NCBI GenBank assembly: GCA_028023455.1
Contig: JAQFVV010000003.1
Location: 6,014,001 to 6,078,000, forward strand
From: Epiperipatus broadwayi
Taxonomy: Eukaryota > Animalia > Onychophora
DNA length: 64,000 nucleotides
Direction of reading: 5' to 3'
The notes beneath the pieces were generated by a model. That model was not told the origin of the DNA, did no database searches, and saw only the letters and a program-made list of their open reading frames with translations. Positions 40,094 through 52,085 of the stretch are shown here, one piece after another. Made by a program: the position numbers and the translations under genes. Within the stretch, counting starts at the first letter, position 1. Every line of letters begins with the position of its first letter.

Positions 40094-40577
40094 TGAAGAG
40101 TTGGTACTATGATAATAGTAAGAAAAGTAGCTTATTGTTTAAGGCTCAAATAGGATCTTTAACGACAAGAGAATATACATGTAAATGGAAAAATATGGGT
40201 GATTTAGTCTGCAAATTGTGTAAGGAAGATATAGAAAATATGAGGCATCTGTTGATTGAATGTAAATACTTGAAAGCAGAAAGGGTACAAATAATGAAGT
40301 TATGGGAGAATAAATATGAACAAAGTGATTATACAGAAAGTGGGTTATTGGTTTTTTATATTGGGTTTGGGAAAAGATAAGGGGGATTTGGATATAAAGG
40401 CCATAGAGTTGACAAAGATTATGTTGTGAAAATGGGATGGAGCAGATTACAGGAAAGCTTAGGGTGGGAAATGGAATAGGAAGATAAAGTGGCTAACAGG
40501 TTTCTTTGGGCATAGTTGCTGAGAGATTCCTGACTCCGCTTAAGGAGAAGTCACAGTACATCACATCATATCACATC
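40094..40577 (+). mobile_element. LINE 3' end with C-terminal CCHC zinc finger and (ACATC)n tail
   Basis: LLFKAQIGSL...VCKLCKEDIENMRHLLIECKYL, ending in ACATCACATCATATCACATC. Confidence 0.75.
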
Positions 40578-42389
40578 ATTCTTATTAGTGTAATTTTCAC
40601 TACATTACAGAAATGTTAATATTTAAAACTGCATCATAAACTAAATGACACCCCAAACATTTAGAACCACTTAATAAAATAGAAGTATTTTATGTGTAGG
40701 CATGTTAGTCTCTCTACCAAAAGAATATTGACTTAGTTAGCCAATAGAGTATTATATTAAACAAAAACATTTTCTCATCACCAGGAATAGTTTGTCATTT
40801 CTTGCAGTTCTCATTTCAGAATTTACTTTCAACATTTTAATGTTTAAGCTATATTCTAATTTTTTTTCATAATCTTTTTATACCATTAAAATGCATTTTA
40901 AAATAATGTTACAATACAAGTTTGCTTTTAGCAAAAAAATATTCATGTTCTGGTACCACTATATATTTATAATGTGTTAATGCTAAACTGGTAATAATAT
41001 ATAAGCAAACTTAATGAAACTTAAATTATATCAACCAATAAAATCATATATAACAAACTCTTACTAACATTCACATCATTGCATTAACTAACCAATTAGT
41101 TCCTCTAGAGTAGTTAATTTATGCTTATATAGATATATATAACCAGTCACACCACTAGTGATTTACACCTCCACTAATGTTACCCATGACCTGAAATTAT
41201 TTTTTTCAGTTTACAAGCAAATAGGATTTTTTTTTTCAGATATGAGCTCAATTTCCTTCCAGTTTTTGATCAATAAATGGGTATCTATCTGTTCTTGATT
41301 AAAGGATGATGCTTCAATCTCTTTCACTGTTCCTCTTCAAAAACTATTGAGGCTGCGTTTGTTTTGAAATTGCTTATGTATAAATATATTGTATCAGATG
41401 AGAACAATGCAATCAAAATACATCAATATGCTGATATGCTATTATATATTGGAAGAAAAATAATGACAAGTTATGCTGACATTTTCCTGTTTACACAAAA
41501 CTGATCAGTAACTAGATCATTTGTAAAATTATTCGTCGCCAATCAATTCAATAATTTAATTACTAAAAGTGTGATCTCAATAAAATAATAACTAGTTATA
41601 TGTTCCTAGCTATAATAACTCTTATTTATTTCTTTGCTTTATTTGTTTTAAGTGTATGAATGCTTCATAATTGCTCAATACTATATTTCATAGAAAAAAT
41701 AATTTGCCTTTCCTTATTAATCCTTAAATATTTTTCCTCTTCTACTATCTTACTCATGATTTAGCACAATTTGAAGCATTTAAAAACTTTTTTATACACC
41801 TGATGCTCTACAATAACATATATAAATACAACCATAAATAGTACTTGAATTATGAAAAAACAAAGAAATTTGAAGTATAAATAAAAATCACATTGCATTT
41901 AAATACAAATACACAAATCACATTTACGTAGCATGTATATCTACAAATATAGAAGTCATTCCTATATAATGCCTATCTGCATATCTCTCTTGCTGAATTG
42001 TTGACTTATTCATTCCCCAATCATTCTCTCTTAATTTTGTCAAAGATAATATGTATCCAGTACACAAAATTATTTGTTAGTTATATAAGATAGATTCTTA
42101 AAGTAAAATTTTACAATCTTTAGTATCTCATATATATATATATATATTATTCATTCTTAAGAAGAGAAGAACCCCCCCCCCCAATGATGAAGAACTTTTT
42201 AATTATTTTTTTTCTTATCAAATAAATGATAGAATATTGAAATATTCTAGATTAAAGATTTTAAAATATAATTTAAATCAAGTTCTTACCTATCATTTCT
42301 TTATTTAATATTCTATAGTATTGTCTTTAGTATTGTTTAATTTTCTTTTTAAAAAATACTCAAATATATATTTGATAGTATTCAGATAA

Positions 42390-42900
42390 CCTTCTTTGAT
42401 CAATTTTTCTAGTTTGGAGGTTTTTCTTTCCAGTGTTGTTTTTCTCCATAATTGGATTTCTATATCAGTAACTTTGTTGAAATATGTCCTTCATGGATTT
42501 ATTTTTCTTCATATCATCATTTTTACATTAATACTTTTCTGAATTTCAGTTCTTCAACAGCTTTCATTGGTATATAGGCTATCAACTAGGAAACACATTT
42601 GATCCACTACTCCATCAGTGATTACATTACCAACTAAGGTTTGCAATTAGAATATATTTTTATAATATGTATATGCAATGAATAACTTTCCCATAGCCAC
42701 AATTGAAAAATGACAATAATAACTTACAGTTTACCAATGTTGATTATTTAGTTTTGTTTCCATGGTAAATTTGATGTTCACTTCCTTTTCTTGCAATCAC
42801 ATCTGCTAAATCATTGGAGAAGTTATATATTCAATGTCTGCAAATTCCAGCCTTTTTCAGTTCTATCTGGCAGTTAATTTACTGACAACTAACAACTAAA
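42390..42900 (-). mobile_element. Possible decayed RTE-like LINE 3' remnant
   Basis: Weak fragments resembling the GHI...GKR..GRP block. Confidence 0.2.
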
Positions 42901-43529
42901 CTATCTTCACATGATTGAACTGCATCTGACTGATGTTCGTTTTATCTCTGTATCTTCTTAAAAACTTTCCATGTAAATTTATGTTGGCAAAATCAACATT
43001 TTTATCAAAAATATATTGATTTGTTTACTGGATGGTGATATATCTTGTTTTCAGTCAGTCTTTGGCTGATGATTTATTTAATTAATAAATTTGGCACAAA
43101 GAAAAACAACTTAATTGCCATTACATTTTATTTTTTTAATTTTGAATATCAAAATTTCAAATATTTAACTTTATAAAATTGACACTTAAACATTAAAACT
43201 AATTTCAGATAAATTTATTTTAAACAATAATAATGATGATGATAAATCCTTTACTTCATAGTATCCAATTTTCTATGTATACATTTTTTTCATTAATAAT
43301 TAATTGCATAAAACTGTATTTGAGATATTTCTCAAAATTACATAAACAATAATACTTTTATTTAGTATTTGCCAACTTACTCTTCATTTAAAATATGTCT
43401 TACAACTTTTATTCATTATTTTACTACTAATAAGTCTGTACTATTTTGCATCACAATTATTATTATTATTGCTGATACTGCTACTGCTACTATTACTATT
43501 GTTATTATTGTTATAATTATTATGTTTCA

Positions 43530-45450
43530 ACAATAATTTTTATTAATCCTTTGTATTACATAGCATTACATAACACTGATTGTAAAGTTTACAGGTGCAA
43601 TTACATAGTACATGTTTTTATATGGATTAATTTCAAGAGGCACAATAATCAGGTTTCAAGATATATTTTTTTACAAATACTGCTACCAGTTTTGATACAG
43701 AGATGGATATCAAGTTTAGTCATTAAAGTCTTAATTTCATAGATAGATAGATATGACCTAAGATTATAAAATCTGATGTCAAATTAAAAGTTATTTACAG
43801 TCACTAAATTAATATTGATTATTGTTCTTTTAAATGTTAATCTTTTAGGATACTAGGGAGGTAACTTATAATTTATGTAGCATAAAATCAAACTATGGGT
43901 GATGTACAAAAAACAAAGTCAATTCAGAGTAAAATTCCATATGGTAACAGCAGGTAGATTGCGATAGATTGGAGAGTAAATTCTGTAGTCTGATGGTGGA
44001 TGGAATTGAAGGCAGTTATTGAAGATGAATTTTGTTGAGAGTAATGGATGGTATCATTGAATGCTCTTCAATGTGGTTATTGTTGGATTATGACCTATTA
44101 TAAATTGGATGGTTATTTTAGTAGTGACCAGGTGGCAGCAAAAATATATGAGGATGTAGTATTGTAGTTCCAGGTCTTAATTTGTTGGAGCTTATGCACA
44201 TGCTGTGGAAGAGTGTATTTTCTAATAGGATTGAATTAGCTGTTGTAAAGATGCAATTGGTCATCTGTATATATTTGGCATGATAAATCTGATTGGTTGA
44301 GGATTTAACATTGCTGAAAGAGATGCTATGTTTCCTCTGCCACATTATATAAGGTGCAGAATGAATTTATATTTTTATAAAGACAGCAATACTGGAGAAA
44401 ATGTGTGGCAAGACATGTAGGTTAAGGCAAACTAGGAAATTGAAAAATTTAAGCTCTAGGCACTATCTTTTGAAGAAACAGAGTAGCTGGTGGTTATTGA
44501 TACCAAGCATGGGAGAAGATAATCTTTGTTGGTCTCCAGATATAGTACAACATATTTTTGCCAGTATGTGTATTTATTAGTCATGGAGAATGTTGATCAG
44601 TAGGCTGCTGATAGGATTGATTGGCGAAGTGTGGTAAGAAATGTAGCTGATATAGGGGGAGGTCTATTAGTAGAAATTACTTGTAATAGTGATTGTAGAG
44701 CTGGTAATTTTTGAACAACTAATGCACTTGAATTTATGGGTGTTTGGATATAAAATACTTGGGTGCTATGGTGGTCAGACCATTATTAATTGGTGAGCTA
44801 CTAAGCCTCTTAACTGAGATTAAAACTGTCTTCCTGCCCCATAGTAGCTTATAGCAGAGGGAGGAGATGGCAGAATTAAACAATTTTGAAAATTTGACAA
44901 TAGACAAATAATATGTAATCTTAATCATTATGACTATATTACATAGGTGAATTTTAGCATAAAGGGAGAGATAAGCTTTAGAGAGGGAGTTGATAATCTG
45001 TGTGGCATTTTCTTTAAGCTTGTTTTGTAAGGGGTTCTTCATTGTAAACCATGTAAAATGAGAAACCTAAGAAAGAACTTGCCTTTCCCTGGATTATTTG
45101 AATATATGTTTTTTTTGGTTTATATAAACCATGCTGCTGTTTTACTCACGTTAAATATAAATTTATACATGGCAATATATTGATTGAGGACACTTTTCAA
45201 AATGATGAGATACTTACAAGATGGCAGGATGACAGTGACATCATCCATGTATGCTATGAATGGAATGTATTGATGAGTATGTATAATTTGGATGCCCGAA
45301 AATGTCTGTTATATATGCTTTAATAGGAAATTTATGTAGAAAATGAAAAGCAGTGCACTAAGAGGTGAGCTTTAGGAGATGGATTGCATAGGGGTGAATG
45401 ATGTTGAACTTTTTCCACTAAGAGTGATATGTATATCTGCACTGTAGTAA
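43530..45450 (-). mobile_element. 5'-truncated L1/Tx1-like LINE RT
   Basis: SPLSALLF...IAYMDDVTV (45231-45251)...FNVSKT, SFLGF, and LSLYAKIHLCNIVIMIKITY...KLLWGRK...NNGL (L1/Tx1 post-RT block). Confidence 0.85.
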
Positions 45451-45451
<1 letters not shown>

Positions 45452-45485
<34 letters not shown>

Positions 45486-45490
45486 CATCA

Positions 45491-45563
<73 letters not shown>

Positions 45564-45578
45564 CATCATCATCATCAT
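45452..45578. repeat. (ATT)n/(ATC)n microsatellite
   Basis: Direct reading. Confidence 0.98.
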
Positions 45579-46316
45579 ACTTTAGTATTCTAATGATTTT
45601 CCATTCAGTTTATTTCTTAAAGCCAATTTTATGTAAGTTCTCTAATATTTCCATATAATTAAGAACTTCTCAATGTTTAAATACTATATACATGTTAACA
45701 ATATAGTTTTTTTTTACAATATAAAATTTTAATATTAAGACCTATTATACAAAGTAGTAGCTTTTTAATGTGAACACATCAATCTTTTATTTTATTAAAT
45801 GCTTTTATTTAAGTTACAATCTCTGTTTGTTTGTTTATTAGAATAAAATTTTAAAAACCAAGGTTTAATATATTTATATTCAATAAAATTTGTTCAAATT
45901 TTGCATGTTATAAATCATTGTCAATGCAATATGATAATAAAATCTTTTAGGTAGGTTCCTAGTTTCTTTACTGTAAAGAAGTTGGCTGATCAAACATTGC
46001 TATCACATTTAAAACATGTTGACATCAGTTTAATAAATTTTCAGTAATGTGCACAAGAGAGTGATATATATATATATATTTAAAAAAGCTTACACTTTTA
46101 GTGTAAGAGAGTATATATATATATATATATATATTTAAAAAAGCTTACACTAAAAAGACTTTTCATGATCTTTTAAAATTGAAATAAAAATAAATCTTGA
46201 TTATAAAAGTTCCCTTTCTTAAAAAGTAAATGTCATTTTTTCTTTTGATTGTAAAAGTTGTCTTTTTTAAAATGCCTTTCAAACAAAGAAAATTATAATA
46301 GTAGCAAATATCTCCA

Positions 46317-46460
46317 TACAGTAGTGCCACCAAATGTAGGCCTTCATAATCAATGGATTCTAGAAGATTTGTGCATAAAATCCCTATCTAATACTTACTC
46401 ATCCAATATCCCCTAACTATTTTCTAGTTTGTGGCTTTCATCAGTGAGGAGCCTTGGATT
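46317..46460 (-). mobile_element. Copy B of the repeat family, carrying a decayed hammerhead-like motif
   Basis: Minus strand: TCCTCA CTGATGA AAGC CACAA ACTA GAAA ATAG TT AGGGGA. Confidence 0.6.
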
Positions 46461-46629
46461 TGAGAGCACTGCACCTATATTAACAGCTTGTGTAAGCATA
46501 TAAAATGGTGATCATGGGATGTAAACAAAATTATGTTGAACACCATCTATAATATATGTGATTTTAATTTTCAAATATTTAAGCTGATGTTTGGAATGAT
46601 TGCAAAAAATATCCAATGCTAAAAACTTA

Positions 46630-46945
46630 AACAATAATATATAAGTTATATGGAAATCCTTTTATTTATTGGGGACTAAAAATTCTAAAAATAATTGGTT
46701 TTTTAACCACAATTGTAATTTGTATATTTAATTTGAAATAAAAGTATGGTGGTGGGAGGGGGGCAAATAATTAATTCAATCCCATGTTGTAAAATATAAG
46801 AGATTGAATTAATTAATTTTTGGACATCCACATTTTTATTTCAAGTTAAATACAAAAAAACCAATTGGATTGAAGAACAATTATTTTTAGAATTTTTAGT
46901 TCCCAGTAAATAAAAGTGATTGTTATATGTATTATTATTTTTACT
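46630..46945. repeat. Foldback/MITE-like palindrome
   Basis: TTTTATTTA(T/C)TGGG(G/A)ACTAAAAATTCTAAAAATAATTG at ~46660 and inverted ending at 46915, plus two inner IR blocks. Confidence 0.9.
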
Positions 46946-47984
46946 TATTGTGTGATTATACTGCATAATTCTCCAGAATCAAGCATATAACTTTACTGTT
47001 CTATATTTTTTCTAACTATTAATTCATATAACACTATACAAACAATAGAAATTGAAATCACTTAGAATAAAACTAATAAAATTTTAGCTAAATAACAAAT
47101 TAAATTGCAATAGTATTATAGCCAAATCTCGATATTTCCACAATATTGTTACTTAAGATGATAAAAATACCAATAGTTAACTTTAGAATTATTATAATTT
47201 TATGTATTCTATTTAATTGACATTTTATTAGTATTTGCTTAGAATAATTCCAATTTCTATTTTGTAGTAAATGGCAGATTCAGATTGAAACAATAACAAG
47301 AAAATTTCTAATTTATCATTAACAATAACAAGAAGAAAAAAAATTATAAAAATGCAAGCACTATTTCTTCTTATGTCTATATGGTTCACCAAAATATAAT
47401 GTAAGAAGAATTGAATTTGGAAAAAAATGATGATTCAGATAATGTTGTCCTGAATAGATTGCTGTCAAGCAATTTCATGCCAATATAATAAGCAAGAAAT
47501 AAATGTGGCATTCTTGTTATAAAAAAATAATATACATTTCCCCAAAAATTAATGCTGCATTTTATTCTTATTATATTACTATTTCGCCTTTTTTTTAAAA
47601 AAATGTTGGTCCCACCAGGAAAAGCTCAGTATGTTGGTGAGCCAATCCAATTCTGCCTAAAATCACATTAAATTACAATCATATCATTAATAACATGAAA
47701 GGCTGAAACCTTTGACAGATGTGCCTTAAAAATGCTTATATAACAATCAATCACATATCATTAAAAAAAAAAAAAAGAACGAATGAATAGATGATTGTCT
47801 AATCCTAGAGTAAAATAATCAGCATAATTTTATAATCAATTTATTAGGAGGTCATATGACATTTGAACACAAAACTATAAAAGTCCTATTTGGACTAACT
47901 CTTACTTTTCTCAGCTCAAAGAAGAAACAATTCAGTAATCTATAGCTTACATCACATGATCACTATTTCTTATGCTTGCTCATA

Positions 47985-48116
47985 ACTGTTATTAAAACAG
48001 GCACAAGCCAGAAACTAGTCTGGCGATATTGGAAGAGTAGGCTAGATAGGGATTTTATGCACAAGCCTTCTGGCATCCATTGAATACTCTGGCTTGCACT
48101 GAGTGGCACTATTATA
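47985..48116 (+). mobile_element. Copy C of the repeat family, carrying the 3' half of a hammerhead-like motif
   Basis: GGC ACAA GCC A GAAA CTAG TC TGGCGA at 48000-48026. Confidence 0.6.
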
Positions 48117-48779
48117 TTGGAGAGTTTTGCCTGTTTTAATCTATAGCTTTTGAGTCTGCCAATTCAATCATATGCTAAACTGCACGGGGGGGGGTTGTAA
48201 TCATTAAAGTTGGCACTTGAATATACTGTAACATGATCTCTCTAACAATTTAACCATAAGATAAATAAATTACTCAGCTTTTAAAATTGGTACTGCAACA
48301 TCATCATTTGAATAACTCTACCAGCTACTTAACCGTAAAATAAACAATTGGATGATTTATTGATTTATTTTAATATATAAATTAGCTTTCAGTTTTAAAA
48401 ATATATACAAAATTTAATGCTTGAATGTTAGTTATTTTTAATCTTTAAAAATTCAAAGAAATAAAATATTGACTTTTTTCTTTTTTAATCTCGAACATAA
48501 AAAGAAAGGTATAATGTCAATAAATAATAATTAAACATTAAGTGAGATGTTCATTTATCTTTAATTAATTCAGTTTTACTTTTTCATAAAGAAAAAAATA
48601 AAATAGAGAACATTCTTGATTATTAATTTAAAGAAAAAGTGAAATGCTGAGACCTGAGGTAGTTTCTTCAATTCGTCATTAGGAAATGCCTTCCATTATT
48701 AATGTTCACTCAAGTATGACAAAATAAATTATAAATTTATTTTTAAAAAGACTCGGTAGCAAAATAGAAAATCTTTTAC

Positions 48780-48875
48780 CAGCGTGTGAGGCGAAAAATA
48801 TTACAAATGGTAGGTAGGTAAAGTTAAATGGCCCACCAGAGGTCAAATGTATTACTAACACTTCTGTTCCGGCCC
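48780..48875 (-). CDS. Candidate 96-nt phase-1 exon (AGTEVLVIHLTSGGPFNFTYLPFVIFFASHA)
   Basis: AG/GT boundaries, open frame, locally higher GC with CpG. Confidence 0.25.
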
Positions 48876-51282
48876 CTTTAGAGAATCAATGAAGGTGAAT
48901 TTGTTTATCCACAACTTACAATTGTCAAGTGATGAGTTTGAGCATTTTTTTCATTCCAATTTGACCCTCTAGCTAAAAACAGCTAGATATCTATTTACTG
49001 ATAAATAGTGGATAGTTAGTTATGCTGGTTATGGTCAATGCCTGAAATAAAAAATCTAAGTCTGATGAGGTCATAAAACTATTTAAAGTTTTATCCACCC
49101 AGATTTGAGTATGGTATGTATTGCATATGTTTAATATAAAACATATAAACTATAAGTAAGATATAAAAAAATTGAAATAAATTATAACAAAATGCCAATC
49201 AAATAAAAAATAAAGTTATAATAATAAGATAACGATTTAAGATACTCTATTATATCTTCGTTAATTTTTACGGTATATGACTGGCATTTTACTATTATTT
49301 GTTACGAATAAATTCAATTTTTTAATTATTATAGCCATACAAAAAATTCATAGTATGACTAATAATTCAAAGTTAAACGGAATAATAAAAATAATTCAAA
49401 AATTTCTTTATCTTAAAATTAAAAGATATTATTTTTATTATTATTTACAAAACATATTTAAAAATACTAGAATATATATAAAACTTAAAAAAAAAAACTT
49501 AATGATTACTTGATAATAAGGATATATAGTGTTCAAATACTAGATATGGCAGAAAGAGTTCTAATTCAGGAGTTTTAGCTACGAATATATGATTATACTA
49601 AACAAACAGCACAGGACAATATGATATGATGTTGGGTTTGTTTTAAAATATTTTACACTCATTATAATTATTAATATTTTACTTTAGTGGTTAAATTCTT
49701 TCAATCTGGAAATGTTGCTTTCCAAACCTTTCCAGAAATTGCATATACTTTCCACGTGTTTAAAGTATTATAAGATTCTGAAAACTTCAACCAACACCAA
49801 ATAATAATAAATATTATTACTATTAATATCAACTAAATATAATACATTCTTGCTATATTCTGTTTTCATAATAAACAATTGTTTTTATTTTAATACAGTA
49901 TTTTTATAATCAATAAAAATAAATACAAATTTACTATATTTTTTTTGCTAATTTATTAATAAAAATTAAATATTAAATAATTTTAAATTTTATTTTGCAT
50001 ATATTTATAAAACTCTGTACACTATAAAGAACTGTGCTAATTTGCTGTAACAAGTTTTATTCATAAATGCCAGTCAAACAAAGCATTTAAAAATCTTTAT
50101 CTTGAAAACCACTCCTTAGCTTCAGACCAATGGTTTCATGCTTTGGCACTCCTCAGCGAGGCGCTACGCAGAGCTCTTTATTTTTTATTTACAAGCTTAA
50201 AAATTGAGTCATGTGATATATGACTTTGATTTTCTATACATTATGTTAAACATTTATTTTTATATAATAAAACATTCTGATTAGTTTGCAGTCTCAGTTT
50301 TTTTCTGGTAAAGTTTGTGATATCTTTTTAATGACATTTAGCAATAAAAGTTTTTCTTCTCATACTTTTTTGTGGTAAGATTTTTACTGACTTTTTAATA
50401 ACTTTTATATAACAATACATAATCAGTTGAAACGACTTTTTTTAAAAAATAATAGTAAGTAAAATCTATTGCTTTTTCATTTGTTAGTTACTATTTTCTA
50501 AAGAAAAATGATTATAAAAGTCAAAGTCAACAAAATAAGATTTAAAAAAATGCTATTTGCATCAGTCACAATACTATAACAATTTATTTACTGTATTATG
50601 TTTAAAATTGTTTTTTTTTAAAATATATATATATATATATATTAAAATAACAAATCTGAAAGATGTGAAAATTTTAATTTCAGATTATTGATGGTCAATC
50701 TTTATTTATTCCTCAGATTGTTTTCATATACATCCCATTAATTAATTCCAATTTTTCTAAACTATCCTTGAAATCATTGTATATATACTAGGATCTTTGA
50801 ATCCATTGACTTGGAACCTGATAATGGACTGTGCATAGTTATTTTTAAGAAAAAAACTATATACAAAATTTAAAAAATTTAAATTAATAAAAATAAAATT
50901 TTGATTTTGAAATTTACATTACAATCATTTACTATGCAACCATAAAACTTAACAAAAAAAAGTTTGCTGTTATTTTTATACTAGAAGCAAGCAACTGCTT
51001 AAAATTTAGCAATTTAAATCATCTAGGGATTTATCAATTCATCATCATCAATTTTCATCACAAAAAGAATAAAGGAAACTTTATTTTTGTTGCTATCCTA
51101 ATGCATACATGAGTATTATATATGCATGCTGTATATATGCTTAAAATGTCAGTACTATTAATATATATATATATATGTGTGTGTGTTGAAAATACACTAT
51201 TCATTTATTTTGTTAATTATTTTTACAGATTTATTAATGTGCATATGTAACTTTTAAATTAAATTATATGAAAGATACAACA

Positions 51283-51350
<68 letters not shown>
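51283..51350. repeat. (TA)n microsatellite
   Basis: Direct reading, one phase break. Confidence 0.97.
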
Positions 51351-51353
<3 letters not shown>

Positions 51354-51962
51354 ATGATCAAAATAAACATTTCAGTTATTTACATTTATCTCAATTATAT
51401 GGGTGCCATATGACTTTAAACATCAGGAGATAGATTCGCATATACATATATTTAATTAATATTTTCCTTAATAGAATGGTGATGACTACTAAACAGCCCT
51501 TATCACAATACCTGGTTAAATCACGAAGAACATAAGTTACCGATGAATGGATATGGAATAAATATGCAGATCAGACAATATTATATATATAAGTTAACAC
51601 ATTATAACAACAATATTTTAATAAAATATAATTGTCAGTCAAAATTAAACTTTTTTTATATAATAAAGTCATTTCTGCAATTTCTTATATTATTGTTTTA
51701 GTTCACACACATGGAGGAAAACAATAATTATTTAGAAAGTGTAAACACTAATCTTTATTGCATTATAATATTGATGCAAATGGAGTACATTTCCATCCAT
51801 TTCTAGTATACTTAAAATACAATTCTGCATCTGATCAATCTCACAAATATAAGATATATATTTAAATCAAAAGGTTTCTAGCATAGACACATTTCTCTAA
51901 TAGGAATAATTATAACTACTACTTTTTTTCAATGATAACTTTAATATATATTTTTTCTTTTA

Positions 51963-52085
51963 AAGTGCAGGCTTTTTCATACCTGCACTCCAATATGTAA
52001 TATAGAAAGGGTTTGAACTCAGACTTTAACATGACCCTCAACTATCCATGCTATCTCATACTGCTGACACACCTGATCACACAGG
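51963..52085. mobile_element. Single arm of the inverted-arm repeat family
   Basis: CAGGC..TTCATA...TGTAATATAGAAAGGGTTTGAACTCAGACTTT...CAACTATCCA..CTATCTCATA matches the 30.6-30.8 kb copy. Confidence 0.7.

Noticed and set aside
45372-45578. Poly-Ile ORF
   Set aside because: (ATT)n array fused to the Tx1-like RT frame.
49061-49095. CTGATGAGGTCATAAAAC as a hammerhead
   Set aside because: The stem II 3' strand and GAAA are missing, and there is no stem I pairing.
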